64,000 nt of DNA from a virus. Position numbers and translations under genes: made by a program. The DNA is taken from positions 1 through 64,000 of IMG/VR virus record IMGVR_UViG_3300042291_000228; one strand, written 5' to 3'. Position 1 is the first letter of the stretch. Each line of letters starts with the position of its first letter. The notes beneath the pieces were generated by a model, which was not told where the DNA came from, searched no databases, and saw only the letters and a program-made list of their open reading frames with translations. This document shows, one piece after another, positions 1 to 8,536 of the stretch.

Positions 1-46
1 CTACAGTTGTAATAAAACTGTGTTAAATGGTAGTTTTTTGATTGAT

Positions 47-673
47 TTAGTTATTGTAAATAACTTCTGGGTAATTTAATTTAAACTCGTGATAGTTGAT
101 ATGTTTGAGATTGGGATGCTGATACCCCAATTGATCAGGCACAAATGCACCATCTTCAATAACTCTAACAAACTTGATTTGTCTAAATTCTTTGATAACT
201 TTTTCAGTTTGACTCAACCAGTTGCCGTGGAATGTAGGAGCATCTGTGCTTTTCTTGTAGTTGAATGTGTCTGCATACACATTATTAAATTTTCCAGCAG
301 CTCCTTGATAATCAAACCCTAATATATAGATAGTTTGATAGGTGTGTGTGCTAGCAAACCATAATGCAGTGGGACCACTGCTCCAACCTTTGTGCGGGCT
401 AAAAAAATTTATATTTGTTTTTGATGTTATGCCTTTGTTGGAATTAGTCCATACCTGATGTGTTCTATGATAGCCCGAAGCTATAATTTCATTCACCATT
501 TTGACATCAACTGCTACTAGATAATCTGGGGCAAATTCGCGGTACAAGGCGTTACACCCGTATACAACGCCACGTTCTTGAAAGTTTCTAGGATCTACGT
601 TTAGTCTGCTTTTGCCATTGCCTAGTACAAAAGCTACATCACTCCGCTGGCGCTGCTTCAACTGGTGTTCCAT
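47..673 (-). CDS. Maf/DUF115/GT29-like glycosyltransferase-family protein
   Basis: Motifs AFVLGNGKSR, YGCNALYR..PDYLVAVD, WSSGPTALW, IYILGFDY resemble the sialyltransferase/Maf-like Rossmann fold; overlaps the upstream ORF by 35 nt. Confidence 0.6.
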   Translation of the reverse strand: MEHQLKQRQRSDVAFVLGNGKSRLNVDPRNFQERGVVYGCNALYREFAPDYLVAVDVKMVNEIIASGYHRTHQVWTNSNKGITSKTNINFFSPHKGWSSGPTALWFASTHTYQTIYILGFDYQGAAGKFNNVYADTFNYKKSTDAPTFHGNWLSQTEKVIKEFRQIKFVRVIEDGAFVPDQLGYQHPNLKHINYHEFKLNYPEVIYNN

Positions 674-884
674 ACATTTGTCTTATGAATTCTTGTTCTG
701 ATTGTTCTTCAAATTCGTGTGCTTCACTTTGTTGACGCAATTGATTTATTTGTCTAAGTGTTAGTCGAATCTTTCGTGTGTCACTTTTTTTGACCACAGA
801 AGAATCTCTGGAGCTGTCGTATCTACGATCAACAGCAAAATCATTGTTATTGTCGTTAAAATATAAAAATTCTAATAGGAGCAT
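639..884 (-). CDS. hypothetical phage protein (possibly head-associated)
   Basis: 81-aa ORF directly behind the portal gene, with TATAAATA 4 nt upstream of its ATG. Confidence 0.65.
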   Translation of the reverse strand: MLLLEFLYFNDNNNDFAVDRRYDSSRDSSVVKKSDTRKIRLTLRQINQLRQQSEAHEFEEQSEQEFIRQMYGTPVEAAPAE

Positions 885-888
885 ATTG

Positions 889-896
889 TATTTATA
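889..896 (-). promoter_or_regulatory. T4-type late promoter TATAAATA
   Basis: Exact T4 gp55 consensus upstream of the ORF starting at 884; gp55 is encoded in the window. Confidence 0.7.
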
Positions 897-898
897 TT

Positions 899-2605
899 TT
901 AGACTGCGGCAGGTGCTGGTGCGGCCTGATCTGCTGGGGCAGCAGCCTGCTGTTCCGCTGCCGCTGCCATAGCTGGATCAGCTTCTTGATCTTGCGCTGT
1001 AGTTTCTGCTCCTAATGTACCCGGTGTAATACCTATGCTACGCATTTGACTAGAAGCATCTGCTACAGGTGTTAAGTTTCCGCCGTTTTCTTCTCTCCAC
1101 ATACGTTCGTTTTCTTTGATTTCTTCTTCTGATAGTCCCAAGAATCTCTTTAGAGCAAAACGCTTGCTGAGGTGCGGCATCTCTTGGACCTGCGAAAATA
1201 TTGCTGCCCTAGTGGTGTCTAGTTCAGCCTGACGATAGGCTGCAAAATTCTGTGGCTCGTTGAATTTTAATTCGAATAAACTGGAATCAATATTGATGCC
1301 ATTGTTGTTCATCCAATATTTAAATTCAACATCAAAAGTTTCTACTACCATGGCCTGCAGTCGTTTGCAGTATTCATTGAACCTTAGTTCTTGAATATAT
1401 GCTGTGCCCACTTTGCCATCTGCTAGACTGTTTGGGGCTTCGTCAACTGCTGTGGGCAAATATGCACTGGGGATTCTTAAAGCACGGAATAATTTGTTAG
1501 TAAAATAACGCAGGTCAGTGATTTCGCCTAGATTAGTACCGCCTGGTAGTGTTTCTACTTTTGAACCACGCCCTTCTGCTGTCTGCGGGAAAAAGTAGTC
1601 TTCACTTGCACTAAGTGGATTATAACTAGCATCAACCATGTTTTGTCCGCCACCTGTACTACTAGGAATGCGTCTTTGTTGTATTTCGTTTTTGACACGT
1701 TCAACAAAGCTCATGGCCATGTGTGCTGGCATATTTCCAACGTCGACATAAAAAATACGTCTTTCTGGGGCACGTTGTATACGATAGATAATAATCGCAT
1801 CTTCAAGCAATTCTTTTTGCTTGTAGACTTTAAATACGGATTCTAACAAACTGTTGCCGAAGGGATAGTTGTTATCTAATCCTTCACTGAGTGTGATATG
1901 CACTACGTGTTTAGCATCTACTGTAACTTCATTGGTTTGATTATGAAATCTAGTACCTGGTGGTTGTGCGACTGAACCAACCATGCCACGACCTAATCCG
2001 CCGCCACTGGAATAGCTGCTTGTACCGCTGGGTGCAGTATTAGTTGTGTTGTGAGGAGTAGTTGCAATTAATTCTTTAAAATTAAAATTAATGTCTTTGA
2101 TCACATACTGTTCAGGTATCTTGCCTTCACTTTCATTGACGATAATTTTTGTAACTTTGGCTGCATCTACAAACAACCATTTTTGTGTTTGGGGATCTCT
2201 AACAAAAAAACAATCTCCGTACTTAAATGTGTTCCGCACAATTCGGAATATTCTTGTTTCAAATTGTTGTTGTTTTGTCCACTTTTGCAGACTGTCTTTT
2301 AGTAATTTTACTTCTGTTGAAGTAGGCTTGCCTTTAAAATAAAAATGAAATGGTGTGGCATTCTCTTTGTCTTTTTGTGTGCAGAATTCTGCAAGTATGT
2401 CTAAGGCAGCATTGACTTCTGAATCCATGTCCATAGTATCATACTGCATATATCGTTCAACACGATTAGGGCTTCCTGCATAAACATCAGGTAAAAAACT
2501 AGAATAGTTTGCACGGGCTGGCCCTGGTCGACCACCGCCAATGGGACTCATAGATCCTGTTTGATTTTCTATTTTTACCGGTGTGAAGTACTTTTTCCAG
2601 CTCAT
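899..2605 (-). CDS. gp20: portal protein, T4 gp20-like
   Basis: LLEDAIIIYRIQRAPERRIFYVDVGNMP, EDYFFP..EGRGSKVETLPGG, LFRALRIP are hallmark T4 gp20 motifs. Confidence 0.95.
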   Translation of the reverse strand: MSWKKYFTPVKIENQTGSMSPIGGGRPGPARANYSSFLPDVYAGSPNRVERYMQYDTMDMDSEVNAALDILAEFCTQKDKENATPFHFYFKGKPTSTEVKLLKDSLQKWTKQQQFETRIFRIVRNTFKYGDCFFVRDPQTQKWLFVDAAKVTKIIVNESEGKIPEQYVIKDINFNFKELIATTPHNTTNTAPSGTSSYSSGGGLGRGMVGSVAQPPGTRFHNQTNEVTVDAKHVVHITLSEGLDNNYPFGNSLLESVFKVYKQKELLEDAIIIYRIQRAPERRIFYVDVGNMPAHMAMSFVERVKNEIQQRRIPSSTGGGQNMVDASYNPLSASEDYFFPQTAEGRGSKVETLPGGTNLGEITDLRYFTNKLFRALRIPSAYLPTAVDEAPNSLADGKVGTAYIQELRFNEYCKRLQAMVVETFDVEFKYWMNNNGINIDSSLFELKFNEPQNFAAYRQAELDTTRAAIFSQVQEMPHLSKRFALKRFLGLSEEEIKENERMWREENGGNLTPVADASSQMRSIGITPGTLGAETTAQDQEADPAMAAAAEQQAAAPADQAAPAPAAV

Positions 2606-2617
2606 TATTCTTCCAAA

Positions 2618-5600
2618 TTATACAGGTGATTTAAACACATCACCAAAACTAAATCCTTTTTGCACACGTAATTGGTCGCTATTAATATTGGCCAATTGTC
2701 CATTGATAGATATTAGTTGGTCCATCTTGTTATTTAACGAAGATAGCAGCGATACTGCACTTTCTTGACCAGACCCACTGTCTGCACTAGAAGATGCACT
2801 GGTAGCAGTAGTATCAGCTGTTGATTGAGTTGATGCATCAGCGCCGGCTGCTAATGCTGATAAACCTCCTTGTGCGGACGATACTACAGATTTAAAATCA
2901 GACATTCCGTTTACAGTCACTGGAATTTTTTTCCCGTCAGGCAATGGAACTACTGCTTCTGTGCCGTGTAAGTTTGCTCCATACCCACTCATCGGTCCTT
3001 TTATAACTCCTCCGTTTTTTGCCGAAGGTTTACCCGAATCCGGACTTGTTGCTTTTCCGCCAGCGCCTGCGACCATTACTCCTTTGCCAGGTGCTGCTGG
3101 ATTATCGGGAGATCCTCCTCGGGCTTCTCTAGCTTCAACGTGCCAGGCTTCTGCACTAACCGGACGAGCAAATCCAAATTTGTCAAATAGTCCTAGACCC
3201 ACTGCTTTGTTAGCATCTGCAGAATTCATATCAAATGCTAGACCAACTTCGTGCTTACTGCGTCCCGGAGGTGCAGCTCTAGGTGATCCGTACTTTTTAA
3301 ATAGTTCTGCTTGTTCTTTTGAATCTCTATAGGCAGTGTTAATCTGAATCTTTTGACCAGTGGAATTAAAATATTCCGATGCCATTCCGGCAAGACGTTT
3401 TTGAACTCCAGGTTCTAGACCTTGTAGATTTACGCCAGGTTGAAGTTTTAGATATTTTGATAGATCGCCAACATCAGCCTGCATGCTGTCTGGTGATGGT
3501 CCAGTTGGTTGTTTATCACCTACAGCTGGTAATTTTGGACCGCTCATATCTCCACTAGCCGATCCACCACCTCCACCACCTCCACCACCGGAAGATGATG
3601 CGGCACCTCCACCACCTCCACCACCTCCACCAGATGACGCTTTTCCGGGAGCCGATGTAGCTTTGCCACCACCTCCACCACCTCCAGCAGCTTCTATTTT
3701 CTTGCTAAGAAATCCATTTTGTTGATCACTAAATGATTTAAGCATGGCCTGTGGACCAGACATATCCACTTCTTTAGTTTCTTTTTTGGCTTCTTCTGCT
3801 TTTTTCTCAGCTTCGGTTTTGTCTCCAACAGCTTTTAATTCAGCCTGCTTTTTACGTTCAATGGCATCTTTTTCACGCTGTTCGCTACGTTTTGTTCTTT
3901 CTGCATCACGTTTATCTCTGTCGTCTAGTTTCTTGGCTTCTTCTGGATTTGTTTTTCTAAGATCTTCTCTTTCAGCTTTGGCTTGAGCAGCTTTGTCTGC
4001 TTTATCTTTATCTTGATTGTCTTGCATACGCTTACCCATATCGTCGGTAAGCTGACTACGTTTTTGACCTTCGGACGTTAATTGTTCATCAACACCTTTG
4101 ATAGCTTCGTCAAAGTCTCCTCTCATTCCGGGAATTTTATTCAGTAGACTAAACAATCCCTTTTGAAATTGCAAGAATACAGTTTTAATAAGACTACCAA
4201 CAAAACTAGCAGCATCGCTTAACACTTTGAAATCAACGCCTAACTTTTTAGCACCGTATACTAATAATCCTATAGCAGCCACTGTGAGAAGCACAGGAGC
4301 AGCAAGTGCTAGAAAAGGAGCCACAGTAGCCCAAACACTAGCAGCCATAGCTATCATTGATGCAATAAACGGAACTGATGCCGCGGTTTTTGCCATGTCA
4401 GCTGCTGAACTGGCCCAGGCAGAAACAGTAGATACAACTTTAGCAGCAGTAAGACCAATAACTGCTCCCATAAGCACCGCCATCACAGGTTCTAGATTGT
4501 CTTCAATAAAATCACTAATTCCATAGAGTGCAGGTTCAAGAACTCCCGAAATAACACTGCCTGTGCCTTCCATCAATGGATTCAACATAGTTCCAATAAT
4601 GTTCCCCAATTTCATCAGTATTGGTAGAACACCTTCTGATATCCAAAATCCTAAAACTTGAATTGCTGGGACTAGAGTATCAGAGATAAACGGCGTAACT
4701 GATTTTAGCACACTTGCAAACACATTAAACACAGGTATAGCCACAGCAGTAATTACAGCACCTAATGTTTCTAAAGCTCCCATCATAACTTCAATTAGGC
4801 CGCTGCCTGCCAAGAAGTTGGTAAATGCATTGCTAAATTCAGCTAGTCTTTGTTTAGATTTTTCCAGTGCGGCTGCTTGATCAGCGTTTTTAATTGTAGT
4901 AGCTTGTTCTGCTGACGCTTTAGATAATCCATCAATACTTTGCCTTGCTAATTGCGCACCGCCAGCATATGTATCTCCCATTTCTTTGTTGAACTTACCA
5001 ACACTACTAAGATTTTTATTTCGTTCTCTAGCTTCTGCAATAGCACTGTTTTTAGCAGTGTTCATTGCTTCTTTGCTAATGGTTCCACCAGCAGCTAGTG
5101 TTCTACCAAATGCCTGAGACTGTCTTGCCAGTTCAGGATACATGGCAGCCATTTTCACGCCTTCTTCTGTAGTAATAGTACCCGTGGCCAACATGTCTTT
5201 AATAGCACCTTGTTGAGCTTTTGGAAAACTGGTAATGTAACTCAACATCTGCTGACGTTGTTTGTCATCCAGATGCTGCATGGCAGCTTCAACCTGTGCA
5301 TCTTTGGCCAATGCTTCCATTTCTTTTTGTTTTTCTTCTCTAGTAGAACCTGTGATCTTGGCCAGGCCATCCAGTTCTTTCATATAGGTTGCTGATCCTT
5401 GAGCCAGTTGTGCTGTACTGGCATTTTGCAATCTGCCGTTAGATCCCATTACTTGAATATAACTGGCCATACCTTGGTTTACACCTTCAGTTGAATATCC
5501 CATTCTCAGCAACTCGTCTCCAAGTCCAGAAGTTTTCATTTTCTTACCTAGGTCAGCAAATCGCTTGGCACCTTGTTCTGTGGTGCCACCTAATGCAACC

Positions 5601-6235
5601 ATGGCTTGACCGTTGGCAGCTACAATCTTACTGAACTGTTCTACTGTTAATCCTGCGCCACTTGCAGCATTAGTCATAGCATTCATACTGCCGCCAAACG
5701 TAGCGCCAGAGTTGGCCAATGCTTGATAAGATCCCAGTTGTTTTTCAGCAGCGGCTGCTACTGCGCCAAACACTCCAGCAAGTAATCCTCCGACAATTGG
5801 TATTGAATTAAATGTCTGTGCGGCGCTGGTTAGACTGTTGCCCATATTGGCAAACTGATTTATTAGTGCAGTTGCACTACCAGCAAGACCCAAGAAACTA
5901 CCAGTGACTATTCCTGTTCCTGTTGATAGTTTGTCAAAACCTTTAGCAGCTACACCTGTGGCTATTCCCAGTTTAGTAAAAGCCTGGCTGCTTTTTCCTG
6001 TTTGTTGTGTCTGCTGTTGTTGAACTTTATTTTGAGCAGCAGCTCCGGCAGCAGGTTTAGCTGCGCCGCCAACAGCTCCGGCACCGGCAGATCCACCAGG
6101 TCCTGTACCTGATTTAAATTGTTTTTGGATGCCCTGCATCACTTTTAACAATTCATTTAAAGTATGTTCTGATGCGGCATTGTCAGCAGTGACTCTGCCA
6201 ACGCCAGGGATGTCAATTTCTACTTTTTGGGCCAT
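2618..6235 (-). CDS. tail tape measure protein with C-terminal M15/VanY-like peptidase domain
   Basis: 1205 aa, long Ala/Gly-rich helical region, hydrophobic middle, charged coil; TAYRD..Q, SKHEVGLAFD, EAWHVE zinc-peptidase motifs (~3134-3430); adjacent to the gp26-like gene. Confidence 0.8.
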   Translation of the reverse strand: MAQKVEIDIPGVGRVTADNAASEHTLNELLKVMQGIQKQFKSGTGPGGSAGAGAVGGAAKPAAGAAAQNKVQQQQTQQTGKSSQAFTKLGIATGVAAKGFDKLSTGTGIVTGSFLGLAGSATALINQFANMGNSLTSAAQTFNSIPIVGGLLAGVFGAVAAAAEKQLGSYQALANSGATFGGSMNAMTNAASGAGLTVEQFSKIVAANGQAMVALGGTTEQGAKRFADLGKKMKTSGLGDELLRMGYSTEGVNQGMASYIQVMGSNGRLQNASTAQLAQGSATYMKELDGLAKITGSTREEKQKEMEALAKDAQVEAAMQHLDDKQRQQMLSYITSFPKAQQGAIKDMLATGTITTEEGVKMAAMYPELARQSQAFGRTLAAGGTISKEAMNTAKNSAIAEARERNKNLSSVGKFNKEMGDTYAGGAQLARQSIDGLSKASAEQATTIKNADQAAALEKSKQRLAEFSNAFTNFLAGSGLIEVMMGALETLGAVITAVAIPVFNVFASVLKSVTPFISDTLVPAIQVLGFWISEGVLPILMKLGNIIGTMLNPLMEGTGSVISGVLEPALYGISDFIEDNLEPVMAVLMGAVIGLTAAKVVSTVSAWASSAADMAKTAASVPFIASMIAMAASVWATVAPFLALAAPVLLTVAAIGLLVYGAKKLGVDFKVLSDAASFVGSLIKTVFLQFQKGLFSLLNKIPGMRGDFDEAIKGVDEQLTSEGQKRSQLTDDMGKRMQDNQDKDKADKAAQAKAEREDLRKTNPEEAKKLDDRDKRDAERTKRSEQREKDAIERKKQAELKAVGDKTEAEKKAEEAKKETKEVDMSGPQAMLKSFSDQQNGFLSKKIEAAGGGGGGGKATSAPGKASSGGGGGGGGGAASSSGGGGGGGGGSASGDMSGPKLPAVGDKQPTGPSPDSMQADVGDLSKYLKLQPGVNLQGLEPGVQKRLAGMASEYFNSTGQKIQINTAYRDSKEQAELFKKYGSPRAAPPGRSKHEVGLAFDMNSADANKAVGLGLFDKFGFARPVSAEAWHVEAREARGGSPDNPAAPGKGVMVAGAGGKATSPDSGKPSAKNGGVIKGPMSGYGANLHGTEAVVPLPDGKKIPVTVNGMSDFKSVVSSAQGGLSALAAGADASTQSTADTTATSASSSADSGSGQESAVSLLSSLNNKMDQLISINGQLANINSDQLRVQKGFSFGDVFKSPV
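3560..3690 (-). repeat. poly-Gly linker (GGT/GGA codon runs) in tape measure
   Basis: Repeated ccaccacctcca on + strand encoding three Gly7-9 runs. Confidence 0.8.
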
Positions 6236-6260
6236 TAATTTTTTCCGGAAAAACTGCGTA

Positions 6261-6291
6261 TATAAATAAGATACCGTTAATAGTATTTATT
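6261..6291. promoter_or_regulatory. pair of face-to-face late promoters
   Basis: TATAAATA (+, 6261-6268) towards gp26 and AATAAATA (-, 6284-6291) towards the tape measure. Confidence 0.6.
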
Positions 6292-6304
6292 GGAGATCAA
6301 ATCT

Positions 6305-7165
6305 ATGGAAAACAACCAACCCCTACAGCCCAAGAAGACCATGTTGTCTAATTGGTACAGACAGCCTAAAATTTATATTAGGTTGCCTTCTAAGGGTGAA
6401 TACTACGCTAAAGATGCTCTGGACATAAGTACCACAGGCGACTATGCTGTCTATGCAATGACTGCCAAAGATGAACTGATGTTTAAAACTCCAGATGCAC
6501 TGTTGAATGGTCAAAGCACTGTAGAAGTTCTCAAAAGTTGTATTCCTGCAATTCAAGATCCTTGGAAGATGCCTAGCATTGATGTTGATGCGGCATTGGT
6601 AGCTGTACGTATTGCAACCTACGGTGAAAAAATGGAAGTCAGCACAAATTGTCCAAATTGCAATGCAGAAAATGATTACGAAATCAATCTCAACACTTGG
6701 TTAGAAAAATTAAATCAATTTCAGTTTGATCCCAAAGTTGTTGTAGATCCATTAACTGTTTATGTTAGACCCTATACCTATCTAGAGATGACACAGACCA
6801 GTTTAAAAAGTCTAGAGCAACAGCGTATCTTTGGAGTGATCAACGACGAAACACTCAGCGATGAAGAAAAATTAGACAAGTTTGGCAAGAGTTTTAGCAA
6901 ACTTACACAGTTAACAGTTGATGTAATTGCTCAATGTGTAGCACAGATAGAAACTCCAGATGGTATTGAAACCGATGAAACCGAAATAAAAAACTTTATT
7001 CACAATTCGCCTAAAGAAATTTTCAATGCTATTTCAGATCATGTTCAGGCATTAAAAAGCAAGATTGATATTCCTGCTCAAGAAGTCAAATGTACTAGTT
7101 GTGAAACAGAATTTCTGATGCCAGTAACTATGGATCAATCAAATTTTTTCGCAGTAAGATCTTAA
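6305..7165 (+). CDS. gp26: baseplate hub assembly protein, T4 gp26-like
   Basis: RQPKIYIRLPS, MTAKDEL, IDVDAALVAVRIATYGE, CPNC and CTSC, C-terminal NFF; ATG 6305 has a GGAG RBS. Confidence 0.8.
   Translation: MENNQPLQPKKTMLSNWYRQPKIYIRLPSKGEYYAKDALDISTTGDYAVYAMTAKDELMFKTPDALLNGQSTVEVLKSCIPAIQDPWKMPSIDVDAALVAVRIATYGEKMEVSTNCPNCNAENDYEINLNTWLEKLNQFQFDPKVVVDPLTVYVRPYTYLEMTQTSLKSLEQQRIFGVINDETLSDEEKLDKFGKSFSKLTQLTVDVIAQCVAQIETPDGIETDETEIKNFIHNSPKEIFNAISDHVQALKSKIDIPAQEVKCTSCETEFLMPVTMDQSNFFAVRS
7144..7150 (+). other. putative -1 programmed frameshift site T TTT TTC
   Basis: X XXY YYZ heptamer in the correct phase at the end of gp26; -1 frame is open to 7377. Confidence 0.6.
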
Positions 7166-7203
7166 AACTTTCCGTACCGGAGATCTTACAGGAAGCCGAA
7201 AAG

Positions 7204-7377
7204 ATGGAAAAAGAGGTACGGAAGATCAAGAAAGAAGCCCTCCAACTGGCTTGGTATATGCGAGGTATGAGCTATGCCGAAGCAATGAATCTTAGTTGGG
7301 ATGAAAGAGAAATTGTTGGCGAGATTATTAAAGACAATCTAGAAACTACCAAGAAAACAAACTTACCGTTCTTCTAA
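7204..7377 (+). CDS. gp51-like small baseplate assembly protein (probably the frameshift extension of gp26)
   Basis: Not in the ORF track (57 aa): MEKEVRKIKKEALQLAWYMRGMSYAEAMNLSWDEREIVGEIIKDNLETTKKTNLPFF; fills the gap up to the terminator. Confidence 0.7.
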   Translation: MEKEVRKIKKEALQLAWYMRGMSYAEAMNLSWDEREIVGEIIKDNLETTKKTNLPFF

Positions 7378-7378
7378 C

Positions 7379-7409
7379 AAAAAGGACTCTTAGGAGTCCT
7401 TTTATTTTG
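7379..7409. terminator. bidirectional intrinsic terminator
   Basis: AAAAAGGACTC-TTAG-GAGTCCTTTT between convergent genes, with A and T tracts on either side. Confidence 0.85.
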
Positions 7410-7410
7410 T

Positions 7411-8535
7411 TTATTTCTTTCTAAAAAGACTAAACCCTTCAAGTACCATACTGCCAGTATTAATTTTTCCGGCTGTCTGAACTTGTTTGGTCATTTGACC
7501 AAATGCTCCTGCACCTGCTGTTTTAGCAGAAGCTGCTGCTGTGCGTTTAGCACGTTTAGCAATAGCGCCTGGTGTTTGACTTAGTTGTCCTGCTACTTTA
7601 CCACCTGTTTTTGTAGGTGCGGCAGGCGCTGCTGGTGGTTCTGCGGCAGGTGCTGCATTTGGATTTCCAGGTTTAGCTGTATTTGTTTTGCTTACCGGTG
7701 CATTAGCCATTGTATTAGCTGGTGCTGCCGCTGTTGGTTCAGCTGCTGGTGCTTCAGGAGCCGCTGCCGCAGGCGCTGTTGGTTCTGCTGCTGGAGCAGG
7801 TGTAGCTGCTGGAGCTGCTGCCGGCGCAGCACCTGCTGCGGGTTTTGCTGCTGGAGCTGCCATTGATTTTTGTAGCAACTGTAAAATTCTTTGCTTGCCT
7901 TTTTTATCTAGCTTATCAATATTTGCTTTTACTTGAGTGTACATTGTTTGACCAGCCTGTGCTTGATCTTGACCTGCAAGTGCAGCGCCAGTTTTAGCAG
8001 CTGCCTGTTTTGCAACCGTACCTTGTATTGGCTTAGCTTGCGCTGTGCCTTTTGGTCCGGCCTTGTTGATATCTGTAGCACTAGGTGGAGTTGTAGCTCC
8101 CGCTGTTGGTGCTGGATCTTCATCGTCTGCTGCTCCAGCAGAACTACCTGCTGGTGTAGAACTGCCAACTACATTTGGATCGTTAAATGCTGATAATCCT
8201 TGAGATTGACCTGCTTTTACTCCCGCTAAAAAACCTTTGGGTTTTGTAGAAGTTCCGCCACTTCCTGCAGCAGGTTTTGCACCTGCTGCGCCACCGGCAC
8301 CTGCTGCTGCACCACCTGCTGCTGGATCTGCATCATCCCCTGCGCTGGCCACAGTAGCTTTACCTGCCTGAAATCCTTTTTTAGCTGCTGCGCCAAGTCC
8401 AGCAACACCACCTGCTACTGCTCCGACACCTTTAGCCAACGCACCTACACCTTTGCCCACAGCAGATCCAATTTTATTTAGAATTGGACCTTCGTCAAGT
8501 TGATGTGATTCAATTAATATTTCTTGTATTCTCAT
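7411..8535 (-). CDS. Ala/Pro/Gly-rich protein, probable internal head protein
   Basis: N-terminus MRIQEILIESHQLDEG resembles a T4 capsid-targeting sequence and L-x-E protease sites; low complexity. Confidence 0.5.
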   Translation of the reverse strand: MRIQEILIESHQLDEGPILNKIGSAVGKGVGALAKGVGAVAGGVAGLGAAAKKGFQAGKATVASAGDDADPAAGGAAAGAGGAAGAKPAAGSGGTSTKPKGFLAGVKAGQSQGLSAFNDPNVVGSSTPAGSSAGAADDEDPAPTAGATTPPSATDINKAGPKGTAQAKPIQGTVAKQAAAKTGAALAGQDQAQAGQTMYTQVKANIDKLDKKGKQRILQLLQKSMAAPAAKPAAGAAPAAAPAATPAPAAEPTAPAAAAPEAPAAEPTAAAPANTMANAPVSKTNTAKPGNPNAAPAAEPPAAPAAPTKTGGKVAGQLSQTPGAIAKRAKRTAAASAKTAGAGAFGQMTKQVQTAGKINTGSMVLEGFSLFRKK

Positions 8536-8536
8536 A

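Noticed and set aside
2961-4526. Antisense ORFs including a poly-Pro ORF (3483-3725)
   Set aside because: Shadow frames of the Gly/Ala-rich tape measure; the same applies to antisense ORFs over the other long genes
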